This document shows, piece after piece, positions 45,465 through 54,699 of a stretch of DNA of 64,000 nucleotides (positions are counted from its first letter, which is position 1; each line of letters opens with the position of its first letter). The notes under the pieces are model-generated. The model made no database searches. It saw only the letters and a program-made list of their open reading frames with translations, and had not been told where the DNA came from. The DNA comes from an uncultured Alphaproteobacteria bacterium (GTDB lineage Bacteria; Pseudomonadota; Alphaproteobacteria; RF32; CAG-239): the NCBI GenBank assembly GCA_934229625.1, contig CAKQDU010000003.1:64426-128425 (forward strand), written 5' to 3'. Position numbers and translations under genes: made by a program.

Positions 45465-46004
45465 ATGAATATTTCAGAATTTAGAGATGGTATTTTTGCC
45501 TTGAGAACCAGAAGATTTGGCAATGTTGCTGAAATAATGATAAAGAAAATCTATCAATTAGAAGATTCGCATACTTTAGAATATGACAAATTTGATAAAG
45601 AAAACAATAAAAGAATTGAAATTAAATTTTCAACAGTAATGAAAGCAAATGGTAGAAAAATTGATGAAAAAAGTGTTATAGACCAATGCTTAAAAGCCAA
45701 TTTAGCTAACCGTGCAATGAAATATGCAGACATTGAAACATATTCTTTTGACTGCAATATTCAGCAGATAAAATGTGCAGAATTTGACATATTATACTAT
45801 GGTTTGTTTTTTGCTGATAAAATTTTGGTTTTCAAAATGACCTCTGAAGAAGTTAAAAATTGTCAAGGATATAGTAACAAGCAACATCGTAATAATGAAG
45901 GTGAAGGTCAATTCCATATTAATAATGATACATTAAAATATCATTTGGAAAACTACTTCATAAAAGATTTGGATTATGAAAGGTTATATAACATTTTGAA
46001 ATAA
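45465..46004 (+). CDS. Candidate type II restriction endonuclease (unknown family), 179 aa
   Basis: Sits between the C-protein gene and a convergent, overlapping DNA MTase gene, the canonical position of the R gene in C-R/M systems. No family recognised by eye. Confidence 0.45.
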   Translation: MNISEFRDGIFALRTRRFGNVAEIMIKKIYQLEDSHTLEYDKFDKENNKRIEIKFSTVMKANGRKIDEKSVIDQCLKANLANRAMKYADIETYSFDCNIQQIKCAEFDILYYGLFFADKILVFKMTSEEVKNCQGYSNKQHRNNEGEGQFHINNDTLKYHLENYFIKDLDYERLYNILK

Positions 46005-46748
46005 ATCTGATTTTATGCAGTTATCTATACGTTCTTTAGCAATGTTAAAATAATTTTCATCCAACTCAATACCGATAAAATTTCTGTTCAAATTTTTACA
46101 AGCTACACCGGTGGTGCCGGAACCCATAGTAAAGTCTAAAACAGTATCTCCTTCGTTGGTATATGTTTTAATAAGCCATTCCATTAATGATACAGGTTTT
46201 TGTGTCGGGTGTAAGTTTGATGTTAAAATATCTCGTTTAAAATTGACAATTTGCAAAGGGTATCTGATGCCTTTGTCTTGATATTCATTAGGCTTGCGGT
46301 TTTGAGAATCTATTAAAACTCCAAGTTTACCGTTTTTAATTTTGTTAGTTCTTAAAGGACCATCATATTTAACCATTTGCGGATTATATGTACATTGTTT
46401 GTTATAAAAGACATTTATAGTTTCAATTACTTTTGCCGGTCTTTTTTTTAACTGAAAAATATTTGTGGCTCGTTCTTTTTGCCAATAAATATCATATTTA
46501 TATTCATCAATATTTGAAATTCGCAGATAACTGTTAAAAGGTTCGTTGCCAAATAACAGAATCGGACTGTTTTCTTTTCGGATTTCTTTTAGGCGCTTCC
46601 ACATTTTATCAAGCGGAATAATAGTATCCCATGAGCAAGCTGTTGTTCCATAAGGAGGGTCTGTTATGATTGCATCTACTTTTATACCTTTTTTAATTAG
46701 TTGGTTCATAACGTCCAAGCAATCACCGTGAAATAAATCTATACACAT
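45984..46748 (-). CDS. DNA methyltransferase, N4/N6 class (beta group, DPPY motif)
   Basis: Motif IV IITDPPYGTT near the N-terminus. Motif I ...GDTVLDFTMGSGTTGVACKNLNRNFIGIE near the C-terminus (beta-class order). Convergent 21-bp overlap with the putative R gene. Confidence 0.8.
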   Translation of the reverse strand: MCIDLFHGDCLDVMNQLIKKGIKVDAIITDPPYGTTACSWDTIIPLDKMWKRLKEIRKENSPILLFGNEPFNSYLRISNIDEYKYDIYWQKERATNIFQLKKRPAKVIETINVFYNKQCTYNPQMVKYDGPLRTNKIKNGKLGVLIDSQNRKPNEYQDKGIRYPLQIVNFKRDILTSNLHPTQKPVSLMEWLIKTYTNEGDTVLDFTMGSGTTGVACKNLNRNFIGIELDENYFNIAKERIDNCIKSDLFQNVI

Positions 46749-46826
46749 ATCACAACCCTAAAAGAACTTAACAAGAATGACCGTATTATATAAAATATGG
46801 CAGGTTGTGTCAATAAGTTCATTGTG

Positions 46827-47684
46827 CTATGACAGTTTTATTTTGTGGCTTTGCGCTTTTTGCGCCAACCAATTATAAATGCGCTGCATTGATATATCTC
46901 CGTTGGCGGCAAAGTCTTCGGGATGCCATTGAATGCACAGGATATTTTTTTCGGCGTTTCCCCAAGATTCCGGAATATTGTCTTCAGTTCGGGCATAAAT
47001 CGTTAGTTTGCTGTCAGAAGCATAAGGCAGCATGGATTCCGTATGGCGGGAATTTGTTTCAATTTCTTCTGTCTGCAAAATGTCATACAGCGGTGATGGA
47101 TTTTTAATTAAAACTTTGTGCGCGTCTAAAATCTTGGTTTTATGTTCAATATCTGTATTTGTATATTGTTTGGTGTTGCGGTACATTTTCATACCCAGCA
47201 CGCCGCCAATCATTTGCGCACCGGCACAAATGCCCAGCATTGGCAGATGTTCTTTCAAGGCAGTGGCAATACAATTCAAATATGCGGCGGCTCGCGGTTC
47301 GTATTTTGTCGAGGCATTTGGTGCGGCGTCGCAATAAAATTGCTCAGGGGATGGAAATCTGCCGCCCGGCAAAATCAAGCCGTGAATTCCGTTCATTTGC
47401 TCGGCGCAGGAGGAGTAGGTCAAAAAACGGATGTTTACGCCGGATTGTAAAATAGCGCGGGCGTAGTTGTAGTCAATAGTATAGTAATTTTCATCGCGTC
47501 CCAGCAAAAAAGCAACAGTCGGTTTGTTATCTTTAGGTGTGTCGGCAAGCTGCTCAATATCCTGAGGAGCTAAAGAAATTAAAGGAATTATGTTTTGTTT
47601 TTCAAATACGTTTATTTTTTCATCGCTGATGCCGTAAGCTTCATATTGCGGCAGATATTCTAAAGTAACAGATTGTGTGTGCAT
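46827..47684 (-). CDS. Class-I glutamine amidotransferase-like hydrolase (C26/PuuD-like), paralog B
   Basis: LPGGRFPSP, LGICAGAQM, WHPED. About 45-50% identical by eye to the 37266..38114 product. Confidence 0.7.
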   Translation of the reverse strand: MHTQSVTLEYLPQYEAYGISDEKINVFEKQNIIPLISLAPQDIEQLADTPKDNKPTVAFLLGRDENYYTIDYNYARAILQSGVNIRFLTYSSCAEQMNGIHGLILPGGRFPSPEQFYCDAAPNASTKYEPRAAAYLNCIATALKEHLPMLGICAGAQMIGGVLGMKMYRNTKQYTNTDIEHKTKILDAHKVLIKNPSPLYDILQTEEIETNSRHTESMLPYASDSKLTIYARTEDNIPESWGNAEKNILCIQWHPEDFAANGDISMQRIYNWLAQKAQSHKIKLS

Positions 47685-47810
47685 TGCTTTTCCTTTTTTG
47701 TTTTATGCTAATGATTTTTACGAAAATAAATTTTTTGTGTCAAGAGTACATGAAATATAAAATTAAATTTTTTCAATAGAAAAAGTGTAAAATATTTATG
47801 TTGTAAAGCA

Positions 47811-47839
47811 AAAAGCCTCACTTTGCAGCGAGGCTTTTT
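47811..47839 (-). terminator. Rho-independent terminator for the 47846..48622 gene
   Basis: aaaagcctc-actttgcagc-gaggctttt (reads as stem plus U-run on the minus strand). Confidence 0.65.
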
Positions 47840-47845
47840 AGGTGT

Positions 47846-48622
47846 CTATTTAAGTTTATAGACAGTTATCTGACGAACTTTGAAACGCTCAACAATCATA
47901 CCGGGTTTGGCATTTTCCCATGCAGGTTTATTGTACCATTTTGGGTCTTCATAGGTCTGAAGTTTTACTTTTTGACCATTTGTAAATGTCACTTCTATGA
48001 CAGATATTTTTTTCTTTTCTTGAAAAACAACATCTGTTGCATTGTGCTTACCTTGTTTGTATTCTGTTGCCCAAGTTAAAGATTGTTCTGGTATCCAATG
48101 ATAGATGTTTGCCATAAACTGAGCGTTAGTCCAATTTGTGCCTAGTGTTACTTTTTGAGAATTATATTCAGAGCATAACTTTATTGATTTAATTTTCAAA
48201 AGCAGTCTGTACTGCTTGCTAATCATTTCAACAGTTGCGCCGTCAGAGTATAGTAATTGCCCTTTTGTATATGATCCATATGCCAGTGCAGCATTATAAG
48301 GAGTATATGTTTGCATATATTCCATCGGAGGATTGGTGCATTTTGTCACTATACTTATTTTTTCTAAATATCCATCTCGTTTATAGTCTGCATCAATATA
48401 GGTTAAAGAACCGGAGGAACATAAATACTTTCCTTTATAGCTATGATTTTCTGTTTTAGGAAGAAGCAACATACTCTTTCCCATATAAACAATCTTGGTT
48501 CCTGTTGTCTCGTACGCCCTATCTTTAATTTGTATATTATCCAGACTATAGAATCTGATTTGAGCCGAAGCGTTAAAGTTAAACACAAAAGTCATCAAGA
48601 TAACTAAAAATAATCTCATCAT
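47846..48622 (-). CDS. Secreted hypothetical protein, 258 aa
   Basis: Signal peptide MMRLFLVILMTFVFNFNASA. No recognisable domain. Confidence 0.45.
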   Translation of the reverse strand: MMRLFLVILMTFVFNFNASAQIRFYSLDNIQIKDRAYETTGTKIVYMGKSMLLLPKTENHSYKGKYLCSSGSLTYIDADYKRDGYLEKISIVTKCTNPPMEYMQTYTPYNAALAYGSYTKGQLLYSDGATVEMISKQYRLLLKIKSIKLCSEYNSQKVTLGTNWTNAQFMANIYHWIPEQSLTWATEYKQGKHNATDVVFQEKKKISVIEVTFTNGQKVKLQTYEDPKWYNKPAWENAKPGMIVERFKVRQITVYKLK

Positions 48623-48805
48623 AATAAAACCGGAATGTTTAAAGAGTCTTTGTTTGACCGGATACTCTGTATATAATAATAAATTGATAGACGTAATATA
48701 AAATATTTGAAAATTTTTGTCAATATTGTTTGGTAAAAACGGATAAATTTTTTATTGCTATAATTTTTAAATAAGCCTATACTCATTTTCAACCTAGGAT
48801 ACAAA

Positions 48806-49747
48806 ATGAATAACGCATTAATTTTAAATGAAGACTATTTAGAGTTTCATGCAAAGCCAATTCTAAAGTGGGCTGGTGGTAAGGGTATGCTTTTGCCGCA
48901 AATCGCGGATTATTTACCGGCTAAATTGAAATTCGGTGCAATAAAACGCTATATCGAGCCGTTTGTTGGTGGCGGGGCTGTTTTCTTTGAACTGACAAAT
49001 AACTATAATTTGGAGGATGCTTATTTATTTGATGTTAATCCAGAACTGATTATACTTTATAATGTGGTTAAAAATAACGTTGAAGATTTGATTGCTGAAT
49101 TGTCAGTTTTACAACAAGCCCATAATGATGCTCAGGATAGAACGGTCTTCTATTATACTATTCGTGATGAGTATAATCAATTTGATAAAAATATGGATGC
49201 CAATAAATATACAACCGATTTCATTAGGCGTGCGGCTTTAACTGTTTGTTTAAATCGGACTTGCTTCAATGGTTTGTTTAGGGTTAATTCAAATGGGATG
49301 TTTAATGTTCCTATTGGAAAATATAAAAATCCGCGGATTTTGGATGAGAGTAATCTAAGGGAAGTTTCAAAAGCTTTGCAATGCGCAACAATTTTGCAAA
49401 CTGATTTTGCTTCTGCATTGGACTATGTAACTTCGGATACCTTCATTTATTATGACCCACCATATCGACCGATTAACGATAGTTCATTTAATTCTTATGC
49501 GGTAGGTGATTTTGATGATAATGAACAAAGACGTTTAAAAGATGTTTTTGCTAAAGCTAATGAATCGGGAGCTTTGCAAATGCTGAGTAATTCTGATCCG
49601 ACTAATTACAATCCTAAAGATATGTTTTTTGATAGTTTATATCGTGATTACAAGATTCATAGAATTTGGGCAAAAAGAATGATTAACTCCAATCCTGATG
49701 GCCGCGGAGGGGTAAGGGAACTTTTAATTACAAACTATGGAAAATGA
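48806..49747 (+). CDS. Dam-family (DpnM-like) N6-adenine DNA methyltransferase, probable GATC specificity
   Basis: PILKWAGGKGMLLPQI (SAM-binding motif of the D12 class) and YYDPPYRP (motif IV). First gene of a DpnII-type cluster. Confidence 0.85.
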   Translation: MNNALILNEDYLEFHAKPILKWAGGKGMLLPQIADYLPAKLKFGAIKRYIEPFVGGGAVFFELTNNYNLEDAYLFDVNPELIILYNVVKNNVEDLIAELSVLQQAHNDAQDRTVFYYTIRDEYNQFDKNMDANKYTTDFIRRAALTVCLNRTCFNGLFRVNSNGMFNVPIGKYKNPRILDESNLREVSKALQCATILQTDFASALDYVTSDTFIYYDPPYRPINDSSFNSYAVGDFDDNEQRRLKDVFAKANESGALQMLSNSDPTNYNPKDMFFDSLYRDYKIHRIWAKRMINSNPDGRGGVRELLITNYGK

Positions 49748-50529
49748 AAGAAATTTATAATTTATATTGTGCAGACTGTATTGAAAAATTAAAAGATTTT
49801 CCGGAAAATACTTTTGATATGATTTTTGCGGATCCGCCTTATATGCTTTCAAACGGCGGTATAAGCTGTCATAATGGACGTGTTGTTTCCGTTAATAAAG
49901 GCGATTGGGATGAAAGCAAAGGTTTAAAAGAAGATTTTGAGTTTCATAAAAAATGGCTGGAGGCTTGCAGGCGGGTATTAAAGCAAAATGGTACGTTGTG
50001 GGTATCAGGAACATATCATAGCATTTATCAATGTGGCTTTGCTATGCAAGTATTGGGCTATCATATTTTAAACGATATTTCGTGGTTTAAGCCAAATGCA
50101 AGCCCAAATATGTCATGCCGATATTTTACTGCTAGTCACGAAACTTTGATTTGGGCAAGAAAAGATAAGGCATATCGTCACTATTTTAATTATGATTTAA
50201 TGAAAAATGGCGATTATCCAAAAGATTTTATCAAAAAGCCTAATGCACAAATGCGTAGTGTGTGGGCTATCGGAACTCCAACACCAAAAGAAAAAGTGTT
50301 TGGCAAACATCCTACACAGAAACCGGTAGAATTGCTGGAAAGGATTATTTTAGCTTCAACAAAAGAAAATGATTTGATTCTAGACCCGTTTATGGGAAGC
50401 GGTACAACCGGAGTAGTTGCAATGAAACTAGGCCGTCAATTTGTAGGAATTGAAAAAAATCCGAAATTTATTGCATTGGCAGACAGAAGAATTTTTGATG
50501 CATATCAACACAAGGAGAATAAAGAATGA
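49744..50529 (+). CDS. Second DNA methyltransferase of the DpnII-type system (DpnA-like, N4/N6 DPPY class)
   Basis: IFADPPYMLSNGG near the N-terminus. PFMGSGTTGVVAMKLGRQFVGIE near the C-terminus. Start overlaps the upstream stop (ATGA). Confidence 0.8.
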   Translation: MKEIYNLYCADCIEKLKDFPENTFDMIFADPPYMLSNGGISCHNGRVVSVNKGDWDESKGLKEDFEFHKKWLEACRRVLKQNGTLWVSGTYHSIYQCGFAMQVLGYHILNDISWFKPNASPNMSCRYFTASHETLIWARKDKAYRHYFNYDLMKNGDYPKDFIKKPNAQMRSVWAIGTPTPKEKVFGKHPTQKPVELLERIILASTKENDLILDPFMGSGTTGVVAMKLGRQFVGIEKNPKFIALADRRIFDAYQHKENKE

Positions 50530-51869
50530 ATGAAATTGAAAACTTTGTGGACCAATTATTATCATTTGCGCAACGTGATACAAATGGTAAATTGACAATA
50601 TCTACCATTCAAAACATTATAAAAGAAATGAATAGTTTTTTATATACAAAATCTGGTAAGATTGGAAAAACTAATATTTTGGGTGAGAGTTTTGAATATT
50701 TGTCCGATTTTCATAAATTCTGGGAAGAAAACCATAAAGTTATCCTAAATGCTAAAATCAGCGAAGAACAATGTATAAAAGTTGCGAATTCATTACATGA
50801 TGTATTTATACGTACTAAAGGACAAGTCTTCTCTCAATTATGGTCAACAGGCAATGTATCAAATGAAAATATCTGTAAAATTAGATTTCTTACAGCTAAT
50901 CAGGATTTTAAAGGTTCTCGTAATTTTCAGAAATTTTTAGATATTTTTAACACAGATAACTCCATATTTGATGTAAGAAAAATAAATGAAGCTCCTGATG
51001 ATTTTGTTAAATCTATCAAAATTTCTAACTTATCTCAGAATGATAAAAGAATTAGTTATGCTTTAAAGGCTGCACAATTTATTATGAAAAATGAATGTAA
51101 ACCTATTGAACTTGCCAAGAAATTTAATAATGATGCAGACCTACTACGCAAAGCTTTAATAAATGAACAAGGAATGGGATATGGAAACAAAAAGGCTGAT
51201 ATGTTTATACGAGATATGTTTGTGTTGAAAATATGGCCGGATCTTATAAATTTTGATAAGATAGATGTTGCTAGTGATATAAATACAGTAAAAATAGCGT
51301 TGAGAACGGGAATATTAAAAACAGCAATACCTCTACTTTCAAGCTTTTTAGATATTTTTTGTTATCAGTATGGATATATTGATGAAATGTCAGCGAATGC
51401 TTGGAGATGTGTTTGGAAAATATGGAATGATACATATCCTACTGAAACTGTAGCAAGTCCTGCATTATTAGATTTTTTTATATATAATGTAGTAGGTAAG
51501 CAGTTTTGTAAGGATAATTTATATATTTTTGAAGGTGATAAATGTCATCATACATTTAAATGGCATTCAGCTCGTAACAAAACATGCCAAGAGTGTTATA
51601 GAATTGGTAAACTTAATTCGAAAGCTCATAAAATTAATCAAGTTTTACCATGCACAGATCCCAATGGTGATATTGCAATATGCCAAACAGAATTTGTAAA
51701 ATCAGAAATAGCTAATCCTAATTATACTAATTGCCCTTTTAAGGATATTTGTATCGCTAATGGTACTACTAGATTACAACCTCCGAAATCTATAAGTATT
51801 AAGGGGCAAACAGGTTGGATATCAGCATATGCTGATAAAGATAGTGGTGGCGGAGGTTTAATGGCGTAA
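50526..51869 (+). CDS. Hypothetical 447-aa protein inserted between the methylases and the endonuclease of the DpnII-type operon
   Basis: Translationally coupled on both sides (overlapping stop/start). Contains a Gly-rich loop GMGYGNKKADMFIRDM that may be helix-hairpin-helix-like, and a C-terminal cluster of 8+ Cys (CHHTFKWHSARNKTCQECY...PCTDPNGDIAICQTEF...CPFKDIC). No confident family assignment. Confidence 0.4.
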   Translation: MNEIENFVDQLLSFAQRDTNGKLTISTIQNIIKEMNSFLYTKSGKIGKTNILGESFEYLSDFHKFWEENHKVILNAKISEEQCIKVANSLHDVFIRTKGQVFSQLWSTGNVSNENICKIRFLTANQDFKGSRNFQKFLDIFNTDNSIFDVRKINEAPDDFVKSIKISNLSQNDKRISYALKAAQFIMKNECKPIELAKKFNNDADLLRKALINEQGMGYGNKKADMFIRDMFVLKIWPDLINFDKIDVASDINTVKIALRTGILKTAIPLLSSFLDIFCYQYGYIDEMSANAWRCVWKIWNDTYPTETVASPALLDFFIYNVVGKQFCKDNLYIFEGDKCHHTFKWHSARNKTCQECYRIGKLNSKAHKINQVLPCTDPNGDIAICQTEFVKSEIANPNYTNCPFKDICIANGTTRLQPPKSISIKGQTGWISAYADKDSGGGGLMA

Positions 51870-51878
51870 GGAGAATAA

Positions 51879-52778
51879 ATGATGAAAAATAATTCTGCTT
51901 TTAAAAATATTTTAAATTGTAATAATGATGATGAAGTATTTTCGTATCTGATTAGTACTCTAAAAGAGACAATCAAATCGTGGGACTATTTTGTAAATTG
52001 GAAAAAAGTTATTCATAATTACCGCGAAGTTGAACGCTCATTAAATTTATTAAATACTTTGGTTGGTAAAGAAAATATTGAAGAGGAAGCTTTATCACTG
52101 CTTACAGACTATCCTCAAATTATAGGTGTAGTTCCTGCATTATTGGCGGAAAGAGAAAAGAAAATCAGTTTATTGGTTACTCCTAATAATTTTGAGGTCA
52201 GAAGATTTGACTTTTCAAAACCAATGTTGGCAAAAGATGGTGTTTTGTTTTTAAAAGAAAGCGGATTTTTAAAACTTATTTCAGACCGCAATATTAAATC
52301 TATTCCGGATTATTTTATAGGTGTAGAGGTTGGTCTTGATTCAAACGGCCGTAAAAACCGCAGCGGAATATCTATGGAAAATTTGGTTGAATTCTTTGTA
52401 AAAGATATTTGCGGGAGAAATAATTATGAATATATTGCCCAAGCTACTGCAGATAAAATTAAAGCAAAATGGAATAAAAATATTACAGTTACGAAGTCAT
52501 CTAAAAGAATTGATTTTGCAATTAACACGCCTCACAAACTTTATTTAATTGAAACAAACTTTTATGGCGGAGGCGGTTCAAAATTGAAATCTACAGCTGG
52601 AGAATATGCCGATATTTACCATCAATGGACAAATGATGGACACCAATTTATTTGGATAACTGACGGTTATGGCTGGAAAACAACACAACGCCCATTGCGT
52701 GACACATTTAACACGACCGATTATATCATCAATCTTGATATGATACAAAAAGGTGTATTAGAGGAATTGTTGAAATAG
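51879..52778 (+). CDS. DpnII/MboI-family type II restriction endonuclease (GATC)
   Basis: From memory, the blocks IGVEVGLDSNGRKNRSGISMENLVE, YLIETNFYGGGGSKLKSTAGEY and WITDGYGWK match R.DpnII. Ribosome-binding site aaggag. 299 aa. Confidence 0.75.
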   Translation: MMKNNSAFKNILNCNNDDEVFSYLISTLKETIKSWDYFVNWKKVIHNYREVERSLNLLNTLVGKENIEEEALSLLTDYPQIIGVVPALLAEREKKISLLVTPNNFEVRRFDFSKPMLAKDGVLFLKESGFLKLISDRNIKSIPDYFIGVEVGLDSNGRKNRSGISMENLVEFFVKDICGRNNYEYIAQATADKIKAKWNKNITVTKSSKRIDFAINTPHKLYLIETNFYGGGGSKLKSTAGEYADIYHQWTNDGHQFIWITDGYGWKTTQRPLRDTFNTTDYIINLDMIQKGVLEELLK

Positions 52779-52924
52779 TTTAGATATAGATGTTTGGATT
52801 AAATTTAAAAAACACTTGAATTTAAAATTTATTTGCGGTATAAAGCTTTTTGTCTGAGTTGTTCGGGCGAATTGGCATGCCTGACAGCTTGTTGTTTAAT
52901 TCCAGTTTATTGAAAGGGAATAAA

Positions 52925-53119
52925 ATGCCTAAATTGAAAACTAAAAAAGCCGCTGCTAAACGTTTCAGCGTTACAGGCACCGGCAAATTGAAAAGAAACC
53001 ATTCGTTCAAGAGACACCTTCTCTTCAACAAACCGACAAAGCAAAAAAGACAAGCTCGCGGCTCTATGATTATTGCAGCAGCCAACAAGTTTGTTAAAAA
53101 GTTTTTACCGTTTATTTAG
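52925..53119 (+). CDS. rpmI: 50S ribosomal protein L35
   Basis: [31 protein letters not shown].... 64 aa. The ORF-track start at 52850 is an upstream in-frame extension. Confidence 0.92.
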   Translation: MPKLKTKKAAAKRFSVTGTGKLKRNHSFKRHLLFNKPTKQKRQARGSMIIAAANKFVKKFLPFI

Positions 53120-53132
53120 GGGAGGATAGGAT

Positions 53133-53492
53133 ATGTCTCGTGTTAAAAGAGGTTTAACGGCTCACGCTCGCCATAAAAAAATTTTGGATATGGCTAAAGG
53201 CTATAGAGGTCGTAATAAAAATGTATTCAGAGTTGCTGTTGAAAAAGTTGAAAAAGGTTTGCAATATGCTTACCGCGACAGAAAAGCAAAGAAAAGAAGT
53301 TTCCGCTCTTTGTGGATTCAACGTATCAACGCTGCTACACGTATCCATGATATGACTTATTCTCGATTTATCAGCGGGCTGATTAAAGCCGGTGTTGAAC
53401 TTGACCGTAAAGTTCTTGCTGATATCGCTTTGAAGGAGCCCCAAGCATTTGCTAAGTTGGTAGAAACTGCCAAAGCGGCTCTTAAGAAATAA
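53133..53492 (+). CDS. rplT: 50S ribosomal protein L20
   Basis: [35 protein letters not shown]...QRINAATR. 119 aa. Shine-Dalgarno site ggggagg. Confidence 0.95.
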   Translation: MSRVKRGLTAHARHKKILDMAKGYRGRNKNVFRVAVEKVEKGLQYAYRDRKAKKRSFRSLWIQRINAATRIHDMTYSRFISGLIKAGVELDRKVLADIALKEPQAFAKLVETAKAALKK

Positions 53493-53515
53493 AATAGATA
53501 CAAAGTAAAAAGAAT

Positions 53516-53560
53516 AAAAAAGAGTTGGCTAAAGGGCAGTCCCGAGGCGGACTCTTTTTT
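53516..53560 (+). terminator. Terminator/attenuator-like hairpin between rplT and pheS
   Basis: aaaaagagt-tggctaaagggcagtcccgaggcgg-actctttttt. No pheM-like leader peptide was seen. Confidence 0.45.
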
Positions 53561-53589
53561 ATGTTTTAAAAAAACTAAGGTTGCAAATA

Positions 53590-54699
53590 ATGGAAAATTT
53601 AGAAGAATTAAAAAACGATACCCTGACAAAAATCAGGGCGGCCGCAAATTTGAAAGAATTAGATGAAATCCGCGTGGCCGTTTTGGGTAAAAAAGGTAAG
53701 CTGACCGAACAAATGAAAGGATTGGGCGCTTTGCCGCTGGAAGAAAAAATTGCCGCCGGTAAGGCTTTGAACGTTATCAAAAACGAAATTGACTCTGCGA
53801 TTACCGAACAAAAATCCGTGTTGGAAGAAAAAGCCTTGAATGAAAAATTGGCAAGCGAAACCATTGATGTCACTTTGCCTGTTCGTCCCGAAACTCAAGG
53901 ACGCATTCACCCTGTATCAAAAATTTATGAAGAAGTTGTCGCTATTTTTGGCGAAATGGGTTTTGAAGTGGCAAACGGTCCGGATATTGAAGACCAATTC
54001 CATAACTTTAACGCTTTGAATATGCCGGCAAACCATCCGGCACGCCAAATGCAGGATACATTCTACCTCAGCAGCAACCCTGAGGAACCGTTTGATATGG
54101 ACACCGCATACGTTATCCGTACTCACACATCGGGAATGCAAATCCGCACTATGGAAAAACAGCAGCCGCCAATCCGCATTATTGCTCCGGGGCGCACATA
54201 TCGCTCGGACTATGACGCCACTCACACTCCGATGTTTCATCAGGTTGAGGGTTTGGTGATTGATAAAAACATCACAATGGCGCATCTTAAAGGCTGCTTG
54301 TATGACTTTATGAAAGCCTTTTTTGAACTGGACGATTTGCCGGTGTGCTATCGTCCGTCATATTTTCCGTTTACCGAACCTTCGGCAGAAATGGATATTG
54401 GCTGTCTGAAAACTAAAAACGAGCTGAAAATTGGCGCAGGGACAGATTGGCTCGAAGTTTTGGGCTGCGGTATGGTACACCCGAATGTTTTGAAAGCCGG
54501 CGGAATTGACCCTAACGAATATCAGGGTTTTGCTTTTGGCTTGGGAATTGACCGTTTGGCTATGCTGAAATATGGTATTCCTGATTTGCGCACATTCTTT
54601 GAATCTGATGTTCGTTGGCTCAAACACTATGGTTTTACGCCGCTTGATTTTTCTTCTATGACCGGCGGTTTAAGCAATAACGGAGGACTTACACGATGA
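53590..54699 (+). CDS. pheS: Phenylalanine--tRNA ligase alpha subunit
   Basis: MENLEELKNDTLTKI.... Class II motifs (…HPARQMQDTFY…, …RTHTS…, …FPFTEPSAE…, …GCGMVHPNVL…GFAFGLGIDRLAML). The ORF-track start at 53581 is a TTG. Confidence 0.92.
   Translation: MENLEELKNDTLTKIRAAANLKELDEIRVAVLGKKGKLTEQMKGLGALPLEEKIAAGKALNVIKNEIDSAITEQKSVLEEKALNEKLASETIDVTLPVRPETQGRIHPVSKIYEEVVAIFGEMGFEVANGPDIEDQFHNFNALNMPANHPARQMQDTFYLSSNPEEPFDMDTAYVIRTHTSGMQIRTMEKQQPPIRIIAPGRTYRSDYDATHTPMFHQVEGLVIDKNITMAHLKGCLYDFMKAFFELDDLPVCYRPSYFPFTEPSAEMDIGCLKTKNELKIGAGTDWLEVLGCGMVHPNVLKAGGIDPNEYQGFAFGLGIDRLAMLKYGIPDLRTFFESDVRWLKHYGFTPLDFSSMTGGLSNNGGLTR

Noticed and set aside
52850-53119. 89-aa form of L35 starting at 52850
   Set aside because: The conserved L35 N-terminus MPKLKTKK begins at 52925. 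The upstream extension has no counterpart in L35 proteins.
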